A DNA stretch of 64,000 nt. Origin: a candidate division WOR-3 bacterium. Its GTDB lineage: Bacteria; Hydrothermota; 32-111. The translations under genes and the position numbers were made by a program. A model generated the notes under the pieces. The model was not told the DNA's origin. It did not search any database and worked only from the letters and a program-made list of their open reading frames with translations. The stretch covers positions 320,001 through 384,000 of the forward strand of contig JBDRZU010000002.1 of the NCBI GenBank assembly GCA_039804105.1. Reading direction: 5' to 3'. Position 1 is the stretch's first letter. The number at the start of each line of letters is the position of its first letter. Below, in pieces: positions 32,801 to 41,918 of this stretch.

Positions 32801-33899
32801 ATTTTGTTCCAATTAGTTTTTCTGTGAACTCATCAACACAGAGTTCTCCATGATCACTTTCAACCATGATTCTCGCTGAAACATTAACTCTATCCCCAAG
32901 TACGGTATAGGTTGATCTTATGGTAGAACCAACATAACCTGCATAAACTTTTCCATAGGTTAACCCACATCTGATACTGCTTCTATAAGGATCAAGTTTT
33001 TTGTCATAAAAAAGATTGATCCCTCTCAAAAGATCATTTTCAAAACTTTTTGGTGCTCCAAATATTATAAAAACTTTTCCACCCTTATCCCCAAAATCGA
33101 TCAGGTTAAAATAACCTTTATAATACTGTGTAAGTTCGAAAAGAGTTAGAAAAAATTCTCCATACTCTTTTTCTTCAAGTTTATCGAACGATACGAATAA
33201 AGACGCCACATCCCTGAATTCTCCAGTAAAATCTGACGGTAATTCCACAGTTGAGAATTTTTTCATTTCCTCTTCTTTAAAAATTTTTCTTTCAAAATCT
33301 ATGTTCGAGTTTACATTGTCATCTCCGTTTAAATATCTGTAACCATTTTCAAAACATACAAAAAGATTTTCATCAAAAAATTTTTTCGCTTCGTATGAAA
33401 AAAACGATTCATTCTCACCACAGAGTTTTTCCATCTTGGCTGCGACATTGATTGGATCACCTTTGAAAAAGTAAAACTTTTTATCCTCTCCCAAAATTGA
33501 CCATTCAACATCTCCAAACGAGACACCTATTTTAACCGATAGAACGAAATTTCCATTTGATGTCTGTATTTTACCATTATCACGAGAAAATTTTAGTATC
33601 GAATCTATAATCAAAAGTAGATTTTCTTTTTTTTCTTCTTCCAGTATTGCTGTAAATGCATCTCCAGCGAAAGTTAAAACATCTCCACCAAATCTGTAGA
33701 CGATTTTAATCAGTTCACCAAAGAAAAAATTTATTATATCTGAAAGTGTTTCACTCCCTTTAACATCATTTCTCATCAAATTTTCAGTCAATCGTGTAAA
33801 ACCTTTTATATCAACAAAAAAAACAAAGAACTGATCTTTTCCTTTAAAACTCTTTTGTTTGATTTTCTCAACGATTATATCAGGAACTATTTTAAACAT
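29889..33899 (-). CDS. Tandem class III nucleotide cyclase domains + P-loop NTPase + TPR protein (soluble adenylyl cyclase-like STAND)
   Basis: FVDIKGFT/FAGDA (C1), GDKG/YTVLGDRVNVSAR (C2), GDAGVGKS, LVDDLQ, GNPFF, long TPR array. Confidence 0.88.
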   Translation of the reverse strand: MFKIVPDIIVEKIKQKSFKGKDQFFVFFVDIKGFTRLTENLMRNDVKGSETLSDIINFFFGELIKIVYRFGGDVLTFAGDAFTAILEEEKKENLLLIIDSILKFSRDNGKIQTSNGNFVLSVKIGVSFGDVEWSILGEDKKFYFFKGDPINVAAKMEKLCGENESFFSYEAKKFFDENLFVCFENGYRYLNGDDNVNSNIDFERKIFKEEEMKKFSTVELPSDFTGEFRDVASLFVSFDKLEEKEYGEFFLTLFELTQYYKGYFNLIDFGDKGGKVFIIFGAPKSFENDLLRGINLFYDKKLDPYRSSIRCGLTYGKVYAGYVGSTIRSTYTVLGDRVNVSARIMVESDHGELCVDEFTEKLIGTKFKTIFKTEKFLKGKSEKEKIFKVLNDRIFEEKIYFENEIVGRENEIKVIENTLKKISDGRNGGAIYIFGDAGVGKSRIMFEIISRNKDLFQFLIFKNEDVDNEEFSSIKKFLFDFFKQDRFVSKEENLRNFDMIFEDFRKKDFNEMLKENSKEIFKFLLNIADTDSPIYRFNKKQIEESIFFSLKEFIIFLSNLKPVVILVDDLQFQDKRSDQFFEILSREVLNYPFTIIISSRYLSDGSKKLLNFDQQFSVEIIELKSFDYNSCKNYIENQLIFSPSEETIKFIFERTEGNPFFVEQFSIYLFENDYIKNENGKNVLSGEVKNIPSTISSIIIARIDRLNEELKSLIEKSSVIGYEIEREILKRVSRLKNFDERVKEIERENILLKLNELKLIFKHSLIRDTVYNMILKKKLKEYHSMVAEIMEKLFYEDEERLSDIAFHYERGENYEKAKEFYIKSGDYAHKKFRLFDSLKFYEKSLNYAYESSDRIFIRSKLYRIKFILGMWQEVKNDYEQLLNEIAEYGDDKLKSEILKDYGDLLFQMGFYDECQVYLDKSYEVFARLNNKKELADILSIKAQIFWRKNEFKKAIEYCEKTKEFVEQEDDPETYANIFLTKGNIAKDMGDYDEAIKNYEQVIGIAQDNNILLTLSSVYGNLGLIYWMKGEFDNALSKYLKSEKILKNVNSKSSLSYLYGNLGALYYSMKEYQKAEDFFMKQLKISRELNDRKSIRIVLNNLGGIANIKGDYSSESEFYKESLQLAEQLNDRLGKRTVLSNLGQLYALLGDFDVAQSYLKESLKISEEINEKKGIALNHFYLSHSYLLQNLLDESLKHIEKSIEILNEIKLTQYYYIALLLKAEILIKKNMIEDGIKLINEGIEFFQDRKEYSENFVKSTLLKLIYVCKDENEFISECNKLLLQYDEENIKGEIYYALFKKTGKKDFRVKAFDIYEKLYEKFKNYLNFLRLEELKET

Positions 33900-33911
33900 A
33901 TAGAATAGAAT

Positions 33912-33939
33912 AAAAAAGGGGTATCAAATGATACCCCTC
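33912..33939 (-). terminator. Rho-independent terminator
   Basis: Minus strand GAGGGGTATCATTTGATACCCCTTTTTT: perfect stem plus U-run. Confidence 0.85.
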
Positions 33940-33960
33940 AAAACTTTCAAGTGAAGCAAA

Positions 33961-34038
33961 CTATTTTTTCTTAGTTGATTTTTTTGGTGCTTCTTTTTTT
34001 GTTGTTTTTTTTGCACAACCAGCTTTTTTTGTTGCCAC
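33961..34038 (-). CDS. 25-aa Lys-rich small protein MATKKAGCAKKTTKKEAPKKSTKKK
   Basis: GTG start after AAAGGAGG, own promoter and terminator; alternative in-frame ATG at 34101 (46 aa). Confidence 0.7.
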   Translation of the reverse strand: MATKKAGCAKKTTKKEAPKKSTKKK

Positions 34039-34166
34039 ATTTCCTCCTTTTGTGACTTTTTGTTTTTCTTTAATAAGAATCTGATCAAAAAAATCAAACA
34101 TATAAATGCCTTTCCACTCTATAAAATTTTATGTGATGGGAAAATTTTCCAGATTTCATTGATTGT

Positions 34167-34195
34167 ATTATATACAATAAGGATACAAAAGTCAA
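34167..34195 (-). promoter_or_regulatory. Sigma70 promoter for the small Lys-rich ORF
   Basis: TTGACT-17-TATAAT. Confidence 0.8.
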
Positions 34196-35526
34196 GAGTT
34201 TATATTATATTTTTTCATTTTGTATCTTATTATTCTTTCGGATGTCTTTAAAATGTTTGCTGCTTCCTTCACAGAGTTATCACTTTTTTTAAGAGCATCA
34301 AGAATGATCCTTCTTTCAAAATTTGATACCATTTCATCGAACGAACCAGAAAACTCAAGATTTTTTTGAGTTTCAAGATTTTCAATAATGATGTCTCTCT
34401 CCTGAATCTTTTCACCTGTTCCCAAAATCACAGCTCTCTGGATAATGTTTTGCAACTCTCTTACGTTTCCAGGATATGAATAGTTAAAGAGTTTTTCCAA
34501 TGCACTTTTCGAAAAATCTTTAAACTTCTTGTTATTCTCTTTCGAATACTTCTGTAAAAAAAAGTAAGATAACCTCTCTATATCCTCCTTTCTTTCCCTT
34601 AAAGGCGGGATTTTCAATGTAATCACATTCAACCTGAAAAAAAGGTCCTCTCTAAATTTTTTTTCTTCTATCAATTTTAAAAGATCCTGGTTTGTTGCAG
34701 AAATCACTCTAACATCAACCTTAATCTTTTCATTTCCTCCAACCCTTTCAAACTCTTTTTCCTGCAAAACTCTAAGAAGTTTTACCTGCATATTCAGAGA
34801 GATATCTCCAATTTCATCAAGAAATATTGTTCCTTTATGGGCTATTTCAAACCTTCCCTTTCTTCTTTCATAAGCACCGGTAAACGCTCCCTTTTCATAA
34901 CCAAAAAGTTCCGATTCAAGGAGATTCTCATTTAACGCACCACAGTTTACGGCTACAAAGAGTTTATTTTTTCTGTTGCTGAAAGAATGTATCATCTTTG
35001 CGATCTGCTCTTTTCCCGTTCCACTCTCTCCGATGATAAGAATATTCGCATTTGAGTTTGCTACCTTTTTTACATTTTCGATCAGTTCCTTCATCTTTTC
35101 CGACTCATAGACGAATTCAAAAATTTCTTCCTTTTCTTTAAGAATTTTGTTCTCATCCTCAACATCGATAATCTGTTCAATTTTTTTAATCTTGACCTGT
35201 AGATCATCCAAATTTACAGGTTTCTGAATGTAATCGTAGCCACCATTTTTAAGAATATAAACCGAATCCTCGATCGATGAGTATGCTGTGATAAGTATAA
35301 AGAATGTTTTTATCTTGTTCTCATTTATATAATCAAGTATTTCTCTTCCACTTCCATCACCAAGTTTCATATCTGACATAACTATATCGTAACTCTTCCT
35401 GTTCAGAAATTCTTTAGCAGTTTTAACAGATTCAGCTTCACTTACACTATATCCAAGTCCTTTCAAAAAGTCAGACAAATTTTTTCTCTGAATCTTTTCA
35501 TCCTCCACAAGTAAAATTTCAACCAT
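34192..35526 (-). CDS. Sigma54-dependent NtrC-family response regulator
   Basis: REC, GESGTGKE, ESELFGYEKGAFTGA, FLDEIG, YPGNVREL, Fis-type HTH. Confidence 0.95.
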   Translation of the reverse strand: MVEILLVEDEKIQRKNLSDFLKGLGYSVSEAESVKTAKEFLNRKSYDIVMSDMKLGDGSGREILDYINENKIKTFFILITAYSSIEDSVYILKNGGYDYIQKPVNLDDLQVKIKKIEQIIDVEDENKILKEKEEIFEFVYESEKMKELIENVKKVANSNANILIIGESGTGKEQIAKMIHSFSNRKNKLFVAVNCGALNENLLESELFGYEKGAFTGAYERRKGRFEIAHKGTIFLDEIGDISLNMQVKLLRVLQEKEFERVGGNEKIKVDVRVISATNQDLLKLIEEKKFREDLFFRLNVITLKIPPLRERKEDIERLSYFFLQKYSKENNKKFKDFSKSALEKLFNYSYPGNVRELQNIIQRAVILGTGEKIQERDIIIENLETQKNLEFSGSFDEMVSNFERRIILDALKKSDNSVKEAANILKTSERIIRYKMKKYNINS

Positions 35527-37324
35527 TTTTTATTTCCTCCATAACTATTTTTATAGTTGTCCCTTCTCCCTTTTTTGATTCAACAGTTATACTTCCATTA
35601 TGATCTTCTATTATTCTTTTTGCGGTCGATAAACCGATACCTGATCCATTTTCCTTTGTTGTGTAGAAAAGATCAAAAATTTTTTTACTCTCCTGTTCAT
35701 CAATTCCTTGACCATAATCTTTAATCTGAACCAGAATTTTCCCTTCAAATGAATCAACTATTATATCTAATCTACCATATTCAAAAGATGCTTCGATTCC
35801 ATTCAGAATTATGTTTTTGAATGCTATGTTGAGCATCTCTTTATCTCCAGATAAAAACCTATCACCATCGTTCAAATAAATTTTAACATCCATTTTCTTT
35901 TCATCAAAAAAAATTTTCAACGATCTAACAACATCTTCTAAAATTTCCTTCAACGAAACTTTTTCAAATTTATAATCATAAGGTTTTGCAAACCTTGTAA
36001 ATTCAACGATCTTTTTGTTCATCCGTTCAACCTCATCAAATGCATCCTTTAGCATAACGCTCTCTTCAACATCTAAAACATCTCTTTTCATCATCCTCTG
36101 CAAAATTATTGAAATCCCATTTAAAGGATTTTTCAACTCATGAGAAATCCTGTAGGAAAGTTCTCCAAGTTTAGATTGAAATTCCATCATCTTCTTCTCT
36201 TCCTTCAATTTTTCAAACTCTGTTATATCCTTAATATATATAACCAGTTTTTTGTTATCCGAAGTTTTTGTTGATGAAACGAGAAATTTATAATCTTTAT
36301 AGGAAACCTGAAAATTTTTGACCTCCTTAAAATTTTCAAATATATCCTTTACCTGTTCAATTTCGAGTGGTGAAAACTTATAAACCTTTTCAAACTTCCC
36401 ATCAAAATCATCAAGAATATTTTTTTCCAGATTTTCAATAAAAATGAACTCATCAACCAGAGACAAGATTTTTATTTTTTCGCTGTTCTCTTCAATCAAC
36501 CTTTGTGAAAGAATAATATTCTTTGAATAGATTGAAAGAATGAGTACTACCAGAAAATACAATGAGATTGTAAACAAAAGATATGTTAAAAAGTTAGTCA
36601 AACTGTTTTTTTTCAATCTCTCCAAATCGTCCATTCCGAAACCGATTCTCATGATCAAATTTTCATCAACATATGGTTTTATGATTTCAAATATCTTTTT
36701 TTCTTTAAAAGTTGTTACCCTGAAAGTATCAACCTTTTCCATAAAGGAATACATTATCAACGAATCAAAAAAAATACTTTTAAATTCTTTAACATTGGAT
36801 GACGCATAAAAAATCCCGAAATTATCCTGGAAAACGATGTATTCTATTTCCGGCAGGGAAGATAGATCATCAAGGTATTTTTTCAATCCAACCTTTTTTG
36901 AAAGAGTTTTAAAGTTTTCCTTCGATTTTGAGATTCTGAAGATGTTTTTGCCATCTTTCTTGTATATGACAACAAAAGAATCTTTGTTCGCTTTTTCAGA
37001 AAAAGAAAACCCTTCACTTTCAATTCTTTCTTTAAGATCAATATCAGAAAATTTTTCTGAAAGATAGATCCTTCCAGTTTTATCGATCTCGGAAAAGATT
37101 TCATCAAAAATAAATTTTTCTATTTCAACCATGTTTGAAGAAACATTTTTATAGGTTCCATCGATTATTTTAGCAATTATCTGTGATCTGTTTAAAAACT
37201 CTTTTTCAAAAGATTTTTTTTTCGAAAGGTATTCTGAATATTGTATCGATAAAAGCAAAATAAATATCAGAAGGGTTAAAAGTGTTTGAAAATTACTTTT
37301 TCTTATAAAATCTTTAAAATTCAT
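35519..37324 (-). CDS. Membrane sensor histidine kinase (partner of the NtrC-type regulator)
   Basis: Two TM helices flanking an extracytoplasmic domain, ISHELKNPLN, DYGQGI, GSGIGL. Confidence 0.9.
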   Translation of the reverse strand: MNFKDFIRKSNFQTLLTLLIFILLLSIQYSEYLSKKKSFEKEFLNRSQIIAKIIDGTYKNVSSNMVEIEKFIFDEIFSEIDKTGRIYLSEKFSDIDLKERIESEGFSFSEKANKDSFVVIYKKDGKNIFRISKSKENFKTLSKKVGLKKYLDDLSSLPEIEYIVFQDNFGIFYASSNVKEFKSIFFDSLIMYSFMEKVDTFRVTTFKEKKIFEIIKPYVDENLIMRIGFGMDDLERLKKNSLTNFLTYLLFTISLYFLVVLILSIYSKNIILSQRLIEENSEKIKILSLVDEFIFIENLEKNILDDFDGKFEKVYKFSPLEIEQVKDIFENFKEVKNFQVSYKDYKFLVSSTKTSDNKKLVIYIKDITEFEKLKEEKKMMEFQSKLGELSYRISHELKNPLNGISIILQRMMKRDVLDVEESVMLKDAFDEVERMNKKIVEFTRFAKPYDYKFEKVSLKEILEDVVRSLKIFFDEKKMDVKIYLNDGDRFLSGDKEMLNIAFKNIILNGIEASFEYGRLDIIVDSFEGKILVQIKDYGQGIDEQESKKIFDLFYTTKENGSGIGLSTAKRIIEDHNGSITVESKKGEGTTIKIVMEEIKNG

Positions 37325-37333
37325 AATTGTTGA

Positions 37334-37362
37334 TTGACTTCAAGTGTTATTTTATATACAAT
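37334..37362 (+). promoter_or_regulatory. Sigma70 promoter for the fba-dgt operon
   Basis: TTGACT-17-TACAAT. Confidence 0.65.
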
Positions 37363-37406
37363 ATTATAATATGAAAAAAAAATAAATCAAATAGAAAGGA
37401 GTTTGT

Positions 37407-38459
37407 ATGGATTTCTCAAAATACAAAAACGATATCATAATAAAAAAATTGGGGAGTAGATCCAACATAAACCTTATTTCGAGCAAAGAAATGTTTTCGA
37501 AAATCAAAGATATTCCCGTAATAATTATGGCGTGTAATATCAGAATAAAACATGTGGTTCCAGGTATTATGAAAGCAAGTGAGGAGTTGAACTCGATAAT
37601 GGGTTTTGAACTTGCGAAATCTGAGGGAGATCTATCAGGTGGATACACTGGTCAGACTCCAGAAGATTTTGTCAACATGATTCTTGATTATGCGGATAGG
37701 TATAAATATTCCATGCCTTTCTTTATCCACGCTGATCATATAACGGTTAAGGACACGAGTGAAAAAAGTATAGAGGGAGCAAAAAAACTTATTGATGCTC
37801 AGATAAAAGCAGGTTTCACATCCTTTGCTATTGATGCTTCGTTCAATGAGATTCCCGATAACATTAAGATAACAACATACCTTGCAAAACAGATAATCGA
37901 AAATGGATTCGGTTTAGAAACCGAAGTTGGAGAAGTAAAATCAACTGGACAGGAAGCGGAAATAACAACAGTTGAAGAGGCGGTTGAATACATTGAGGGA
38001 CTTTTAAAGAACAATGTTTTTCCACAACTGCTTGCGATAAACAATGGATCAAAACATGGAAACTATAAACCGGGAGAAGAGGTACATATAGATTTAAAAA
38101 GAACACTTGATATTTACAATGCAATAAAAAAACACAACGTTTGTATTGCACAACATGGAATAACCGGAACTCCTTTGAATATAATCGGTCAATTTGCTGA
38201 TTGTGGAATAAGAAAAGGTAATGTGGGAACAGAATGGCAAAACATAGCACACAGAAATCTTCCACCTGATCTTATGAATAAAATGAAAAATTGGGCTGAA
38301 AATAATGGTAAAGATATAAAATTTGCAACAAAGGAATTCAAAAATGAAATAGATTCTATTCCTTCAGAATATTCACAAAAGATAATGGATGAGGCATATT
38401 TAAAAGCAAAAGAGTTCATACTTGCATTTAGAAGTAAAGATAGTGCAAACCTCTTATAA
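37407..38459 (+). CDS. fba: Class II fructose-bisphosphate aldolase family protein
   Basis: HADH, ETEVG, NGSKHG, AQHGITG, KGNVGT. Confidence 0.85.
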   Translation: MDFSKYKNDIIIKKLGSRSNINLISSKEMFSKIKDIPVIIMACNIRIKHVVPGIMKASEELNSIMGFELAKSEGDLSGGYTGQTPEDFVNMILDYADRYKYSMPFFIHADHITVKDTSEKSIEGAKKLIDAQIKAGFTSFAIDASFNEIPDNIKITTYLAKQIIENGFGLETEVGEVKSTGQEAEITTVEEAVEYIEGLLKNNVFPQLLAINNGSKHGNYKPGEEVHIDLKRTLDIYNAIKKHNVCIAQHGITGTPLNIIGQFADCGIRKGNVGTEWQNIAHRNLPPDLMNKMKNWAENNGKDIKFATKEFKNEIDSIPSEYSQKIMDEAYLKAKEFILAFRSKDSANLL

Positions 38460-38464
38460 AAATT

Positions 38465-39616
38465 ATGAAAACGGTTGATCAGTTATTAGCAGAAGAAAAA
38501 CAAATACTCGCTCCCTACGCTGTTCTTTCATCAGAATCTAAAGGGAGAAAGTATGATATCGGACAATCAAGACACCGAACACCTTTTCAAAGAGATAGAG
38601 ATAGAATCATACATTCTCAGGCATTCAGACGTCTTGAATACAAAACTCAGGTATTTGTCAACCATGAAGGTGATTACTATAGAACAAGGTTAACACATAC
38701 GATCGAAGTTGCCCAGATCGCAAAATCGATCGCAAAATCTCTGAGGTTAAATGAGGATCTTGCTGAAGCTATCTCTCTTGCACATGATATAGGGCATACT
38801 CCCTTTGGTCATGCTGGTGAAAAAGCGCTACATGAAATAATGGAAGATTTTGGTGGTTTTGAGCACAACTCACAATCTCTAAGAGTTGTTGATTTTCTTG
38901 AGGAAAGATATAACGATTACAGAGGTTTGAATTTAACATGGGAAGTGAGAGAGGGAATAATAAAACATCATACAAGTTATGATAATCCGAATTCGTCACT
39001 CCTACAAGAATTTCTACCAGATAAGACAAGTTCACTTGAAGCACAGATAGTTAATGTTGCCGATGAGATTGCTTACAACAACCATGATATAGACGATGGT
39101 CTCGAATCCGAACTCATAAGTGTTAAAGATCTTCTCGATATCCAACTTTTTAAAGAATGTTATAACAAGTTTTATAAAAAAATAAAAAATGAAAAGATTC
39201 TAAGATACGAAATCGTAAGGGAACTTATCGGAGAACAGATAAACGATGTTATAACAACATCTCTTGAAAACATCAAAAAAAGAAACATAAAGACATTAGA
39301 AGATGTTCGAAATTCTCCAATACTTATAGATTATTCTGAAGAGATGAAAAAAAAGAACAGAGAGTTAAAGACCTTTCTTTATGAAAATCTTTATAAACAC
39401 TATAAAGTTCTGAAAATGCAACATAAAGCGGAAAGGTATGTGAAAAAGCTCTTTGAAGCGTATATTGAGGATGTTAAGCAACTTCCCCCAAAGTTTGTTG
39501 AACAGATAGAAACTGAAGGAAAGGAAAGAGTTATCTGCGATTACATCGCTGGTATGACCGATAGATATGCACAGGATGAATTTGCAAGATTGTTCCTTCC
39601 ATATGAAAGAATGTGA
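38465..39616 (+). CDS. dgt: dGTP triphosphohydrolase (HD family)
   Basis: FQRDRDRIIHS, KTQVF, RTRLTHT, HDIGHTPFGHAGE, DYIAGMTD. Confidence 0.95.
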   Translation: MKTVDQLLAEEKQILAPYAVLSSESKGRKYDIGQSRHRTPFQRDRDRIIHSQAFRRLEYKTQVFVNHEGDYYRTRLTHTIEVAQIAKSIAKSLRLNEDLAEAISLAHDIGHTPFGHAGEKALHEIMEDFGGFEHNSQSLRVVDFLEERYNDYRGLNLTWEVREGIIKHHTSYDNPNSSLLQEFLPDKTSSLEAQIVNVADEIAYNNHDIDDGLESELISVKDLLDIQLFKECYNKFYKKIKNEKILRYEIVRELIGEQINDVITTSLENIKKRNIKTLEDVRNSPILIDYSEEMKKKNRELKTFLYENLYKHYKVLKMQHKAERYVKKLFEAYIEDVKQLPPKFVEQIETEGKERVICDYIAGMTDRYAQDEFARLFLPYERM

Positions 39617-40041
39617 TGTTGCGAAAAATTAAAAGTGAAATAAAAAATCTAATTTATTCAAACCTTTCCGCAGACGAAATTGCCAACGGTTTTGCCATCG
39701 GTGTATTTATAGGTTTTTTACCACTCTATGGTTTTCAAACTTTACTTTCACTTTTTGCTGCTTTCCTTTTCAAAAAGGTAAACAAACTTGCCCTCATCAT
39801 AGCGACACAACTGTTTCTGCCTCCAGTGATTCCTGTTGTCGTTTTTTTAAACTATCTGATAGGCTCTCTAATACTCTACAAAAAAATTTTTTTTCTAAAA
39901 GTAACATCACTTGAAGATATAATAGTTTATATAAAACCCATCTTTCTCGGTTCAATATTTGTTGGACTATTTTTTGCCTTTTTATCAAAATATCTTTTAA
40001 AATTTGTAATAATCAACCTCAGGAGAAAAAATGAAAAATGA
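39613..40041 (+). CDS. DUF2062-family membrane protein
   Basis: IANGFAIGVFIGFLPLYGFQT pattern, TM segments. Confidence 0.75.
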   Translation: MMLRKIKSEIKNLIYSNLSADEIANGFAIGVFIGFLPLYGFQTLLSLFAAFLFKKVNKLALIIATQLFLPPVIPVVVFLNYLIGSLILYKKIFFLKVTSLEDIIVYIKPIFLGSIFVGLFFAFLSKYLLKFVIINLRRKNEK

Positions 40042-40675
40042 TAACAGAGAGGAAATTTTTAAAATCATTGATCAAGAAAAGAAAAAAGAGAACTATTTAA
40101 AAGTTCTATCACTTTATGGAGAACTTCTAAAAGAAAATACTTACGATTTTAATCTGTATGGTTCCATGGCAAAAATATATTACCTACTTGAAGATTACGA
40201 TGCGAGTGTAAGGTTTAATCTGATCTCTATCCATCTTTCAATACTTGAATCAGAAGATGTATTGCAAACCAATTCAACTGTTGCAAAAGAGATGATTGAA
40301 ATGATCAAAAATCTAAAGGGATTAACGGATCACCTTCAAAAAATTGATAAAATTTTAAAAAATCTTATTTTTTGTGAACCAACCGTTACACATCTTGGAC
40401 ATTCCCTTTTAGATTCTGGAATAGATAATGAATCCAAAAATCTTTACATAAAACTTCTCAAAGGTGAAAAAATCAACTTGAACGAAAAATATAAAAAAAG
40501 TGAAATGGAGTTCTATTATCCAGTTGGAATTCTTTTCTCAGCTGTTATGATAGAGACCACACTAAAAAAAGAAGAAATCGTTGAATATTATTTATCTTAC
40601 GATTCATCAGCGATGAGAACAGTTTATGAAAAGGTTTTAGAACTTTATGAAAATTACAAATTTGATCAAACTTGA
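40031..40675 (+). CDS. Hypothetical helical (TPR-like) protein
   Basis: 214 aa ORF overlapping both neighbours; TPR-like N-terminus. Confidence 0.6.
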   Translation: MKNDNREEIFKIIDQEKKKENYLKVLSLYGELLKENTYDFNLYGSMAKIYYLLEDYDASVRFNLISIHLSILESEDVLQTNSTVAKEMIEMIKNLKGLTDHLQKIDKILKNLIFCEPTVTHLGHSLLDSGIDNESKNLYIKLLKGEKINLNEKYKKSEMEFYYPVGILFSAVMIETTLKKEEIVEYYLSYDSSAMRTVYEKVLELYENYKFDQT

Positions 40676-41876
40676 TAAAAGGGAAAAACACACATTTTAC
40701 CTGCTTTTGATAGGTTCTATTTTCAATGGAATCTCTCTGGGAGTTTTGCTTTTGCAAGAGTTCATCCTGAGAAAAACATTGTTTGGAAATCTTTTTGAGA
40801 TAACGATCCTTGTTATGATACAACCGGTTTCAAATCTTTTTTCGATCTTTTTTTATTTTTTAAGTAAATATTTTAAAAGAAAAAATGATTTTTTTCTCAT
40901 CATCGCTTTCTTTGGAAAACTTATATTACTTTTTATGTTGATCACAAGAAGTTCAATCTTCTTTCTTTTAATAATCTCTGTTTTCTATATTTTCAACACT
41001 TTTATGAACCCTCTTTTTTCAAACATAATGCAGTTGAATTTTTCACCAAAAAACAGAGGCCTTGTTTATGGAATAGTTTCATCGGTATCCGTTCTTTCAA
41101 CACTCATTGTTTCAAACATCTCAGGAAAACTGTTGGATATAAATGATAATCTATACAAACTTTTATTCTCGATTTCAGCAATTTCTGGTTTTCTGTGTTG
41201 TTTCTTTTATTCAAGGATCAAGATAAAAAAAATAAAACAGAAAAAAATCGAAGAAAAAATTTCTTTTTTACAGCCATTCAAAATAATTCTGAAAATATTG
41301 AAAGAAAATAGAGATTTTACAAAATATGAAATATTTTTTTTCATATATGGCATCGGTTATTTGATAATACTTCCTGCGATACCTGTATATTTCGTTGATG
41401 TTTTAAAACTTGATTATTCAAAAATCTCATTCATAAGAGGCTTTCTTGGACAGTTGGGCTATATAATATTTTTTCCTTTCGTAGGATTCTTTCTTGATAG
41501 AATCAACCTTTTTATTTATTCATCTTTAACCTTTTTTTTACTTTCTTTCTATCCCCTTTTCCTTCTATTTTCAAGCATATTTCCAAATCCTTTAATTTTT
41601 GTATATATATCATTTCTCTTCTTTTCAATAAGTATGTCAGCTGTTTCTGTTATATGGGATCTATCTTCAATATATTTTGCAAAAGAAAACGATTCTTCAC
41701 AATTTCAAAATGTTCACATCTTTTTAACCGGAATCAGGGGAATGATTATTCCATCTTTAGGGTATCTGATATTAAAATTTTCATCTCCAAAACTATTATT
41801 TCTTTTATCAACAACTTTTTTTATTCTTTCGTCTCTGGGAATGGGTTACCTATTTTATAAATCTAAATCTTCTTGA
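40647..41876 (+). CDS. MFS transporter
   Basis: About 12 TM helices in two halves; PKNRGLVYG loop motif. Confidence 0.8.
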   Translation: MKITNLIKLDKREKHTFYLLLIGSIFNGISLGVLLLQEFILRKTLFGNLFEITILVMIQPVSNLFSIFFYFLSKYFKRKNDFFLIIAFFGKLILLFMLITRSSIFFLLIISVFYIFNTFMNPLFSNIMQLNFSPKNRGLVYGIVSSVSVLSTLIVSNISGKLLDINDNLYKLLFSISAISGFLCCFFYSRIKIKKIKQKKIEEKISFLQPFKIILKILKENRDFTKYEIFFFIYGIGYLIILPAIPVYFVDVLKLDYSKISFIRGFLGQLGYIIFFPFVGFFLDRINLFIYSSLTFFLLSFYPLFLLFSSIFPNPLIFVYISFLFFSISMSAVSVIWDLSSIYFAKENDSSQFQNVHIFLTGIRGMIIPSLGYLILKFSSPKLLFLLSTTFFILSSLGMGYLFYKSKSS

Positions 41877-41918
41877 CTTTTAATAATAAAATAGTATTAT
41901 AAAAAATTAAGGTGCTTT

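Noticed and set aside
34060..34251. 63-aa plus-strand ORF in the intergenic region
   Set aside because: No SD, TTG start, antisense to a well-signalled minus-strand transcript and overlapping the regulator's 3' end.
38465..39616. dGTPase as an anti-phage defence gene
   Set aside because: Short housekeeping-type Dgt in an operon with fba; no defence context.
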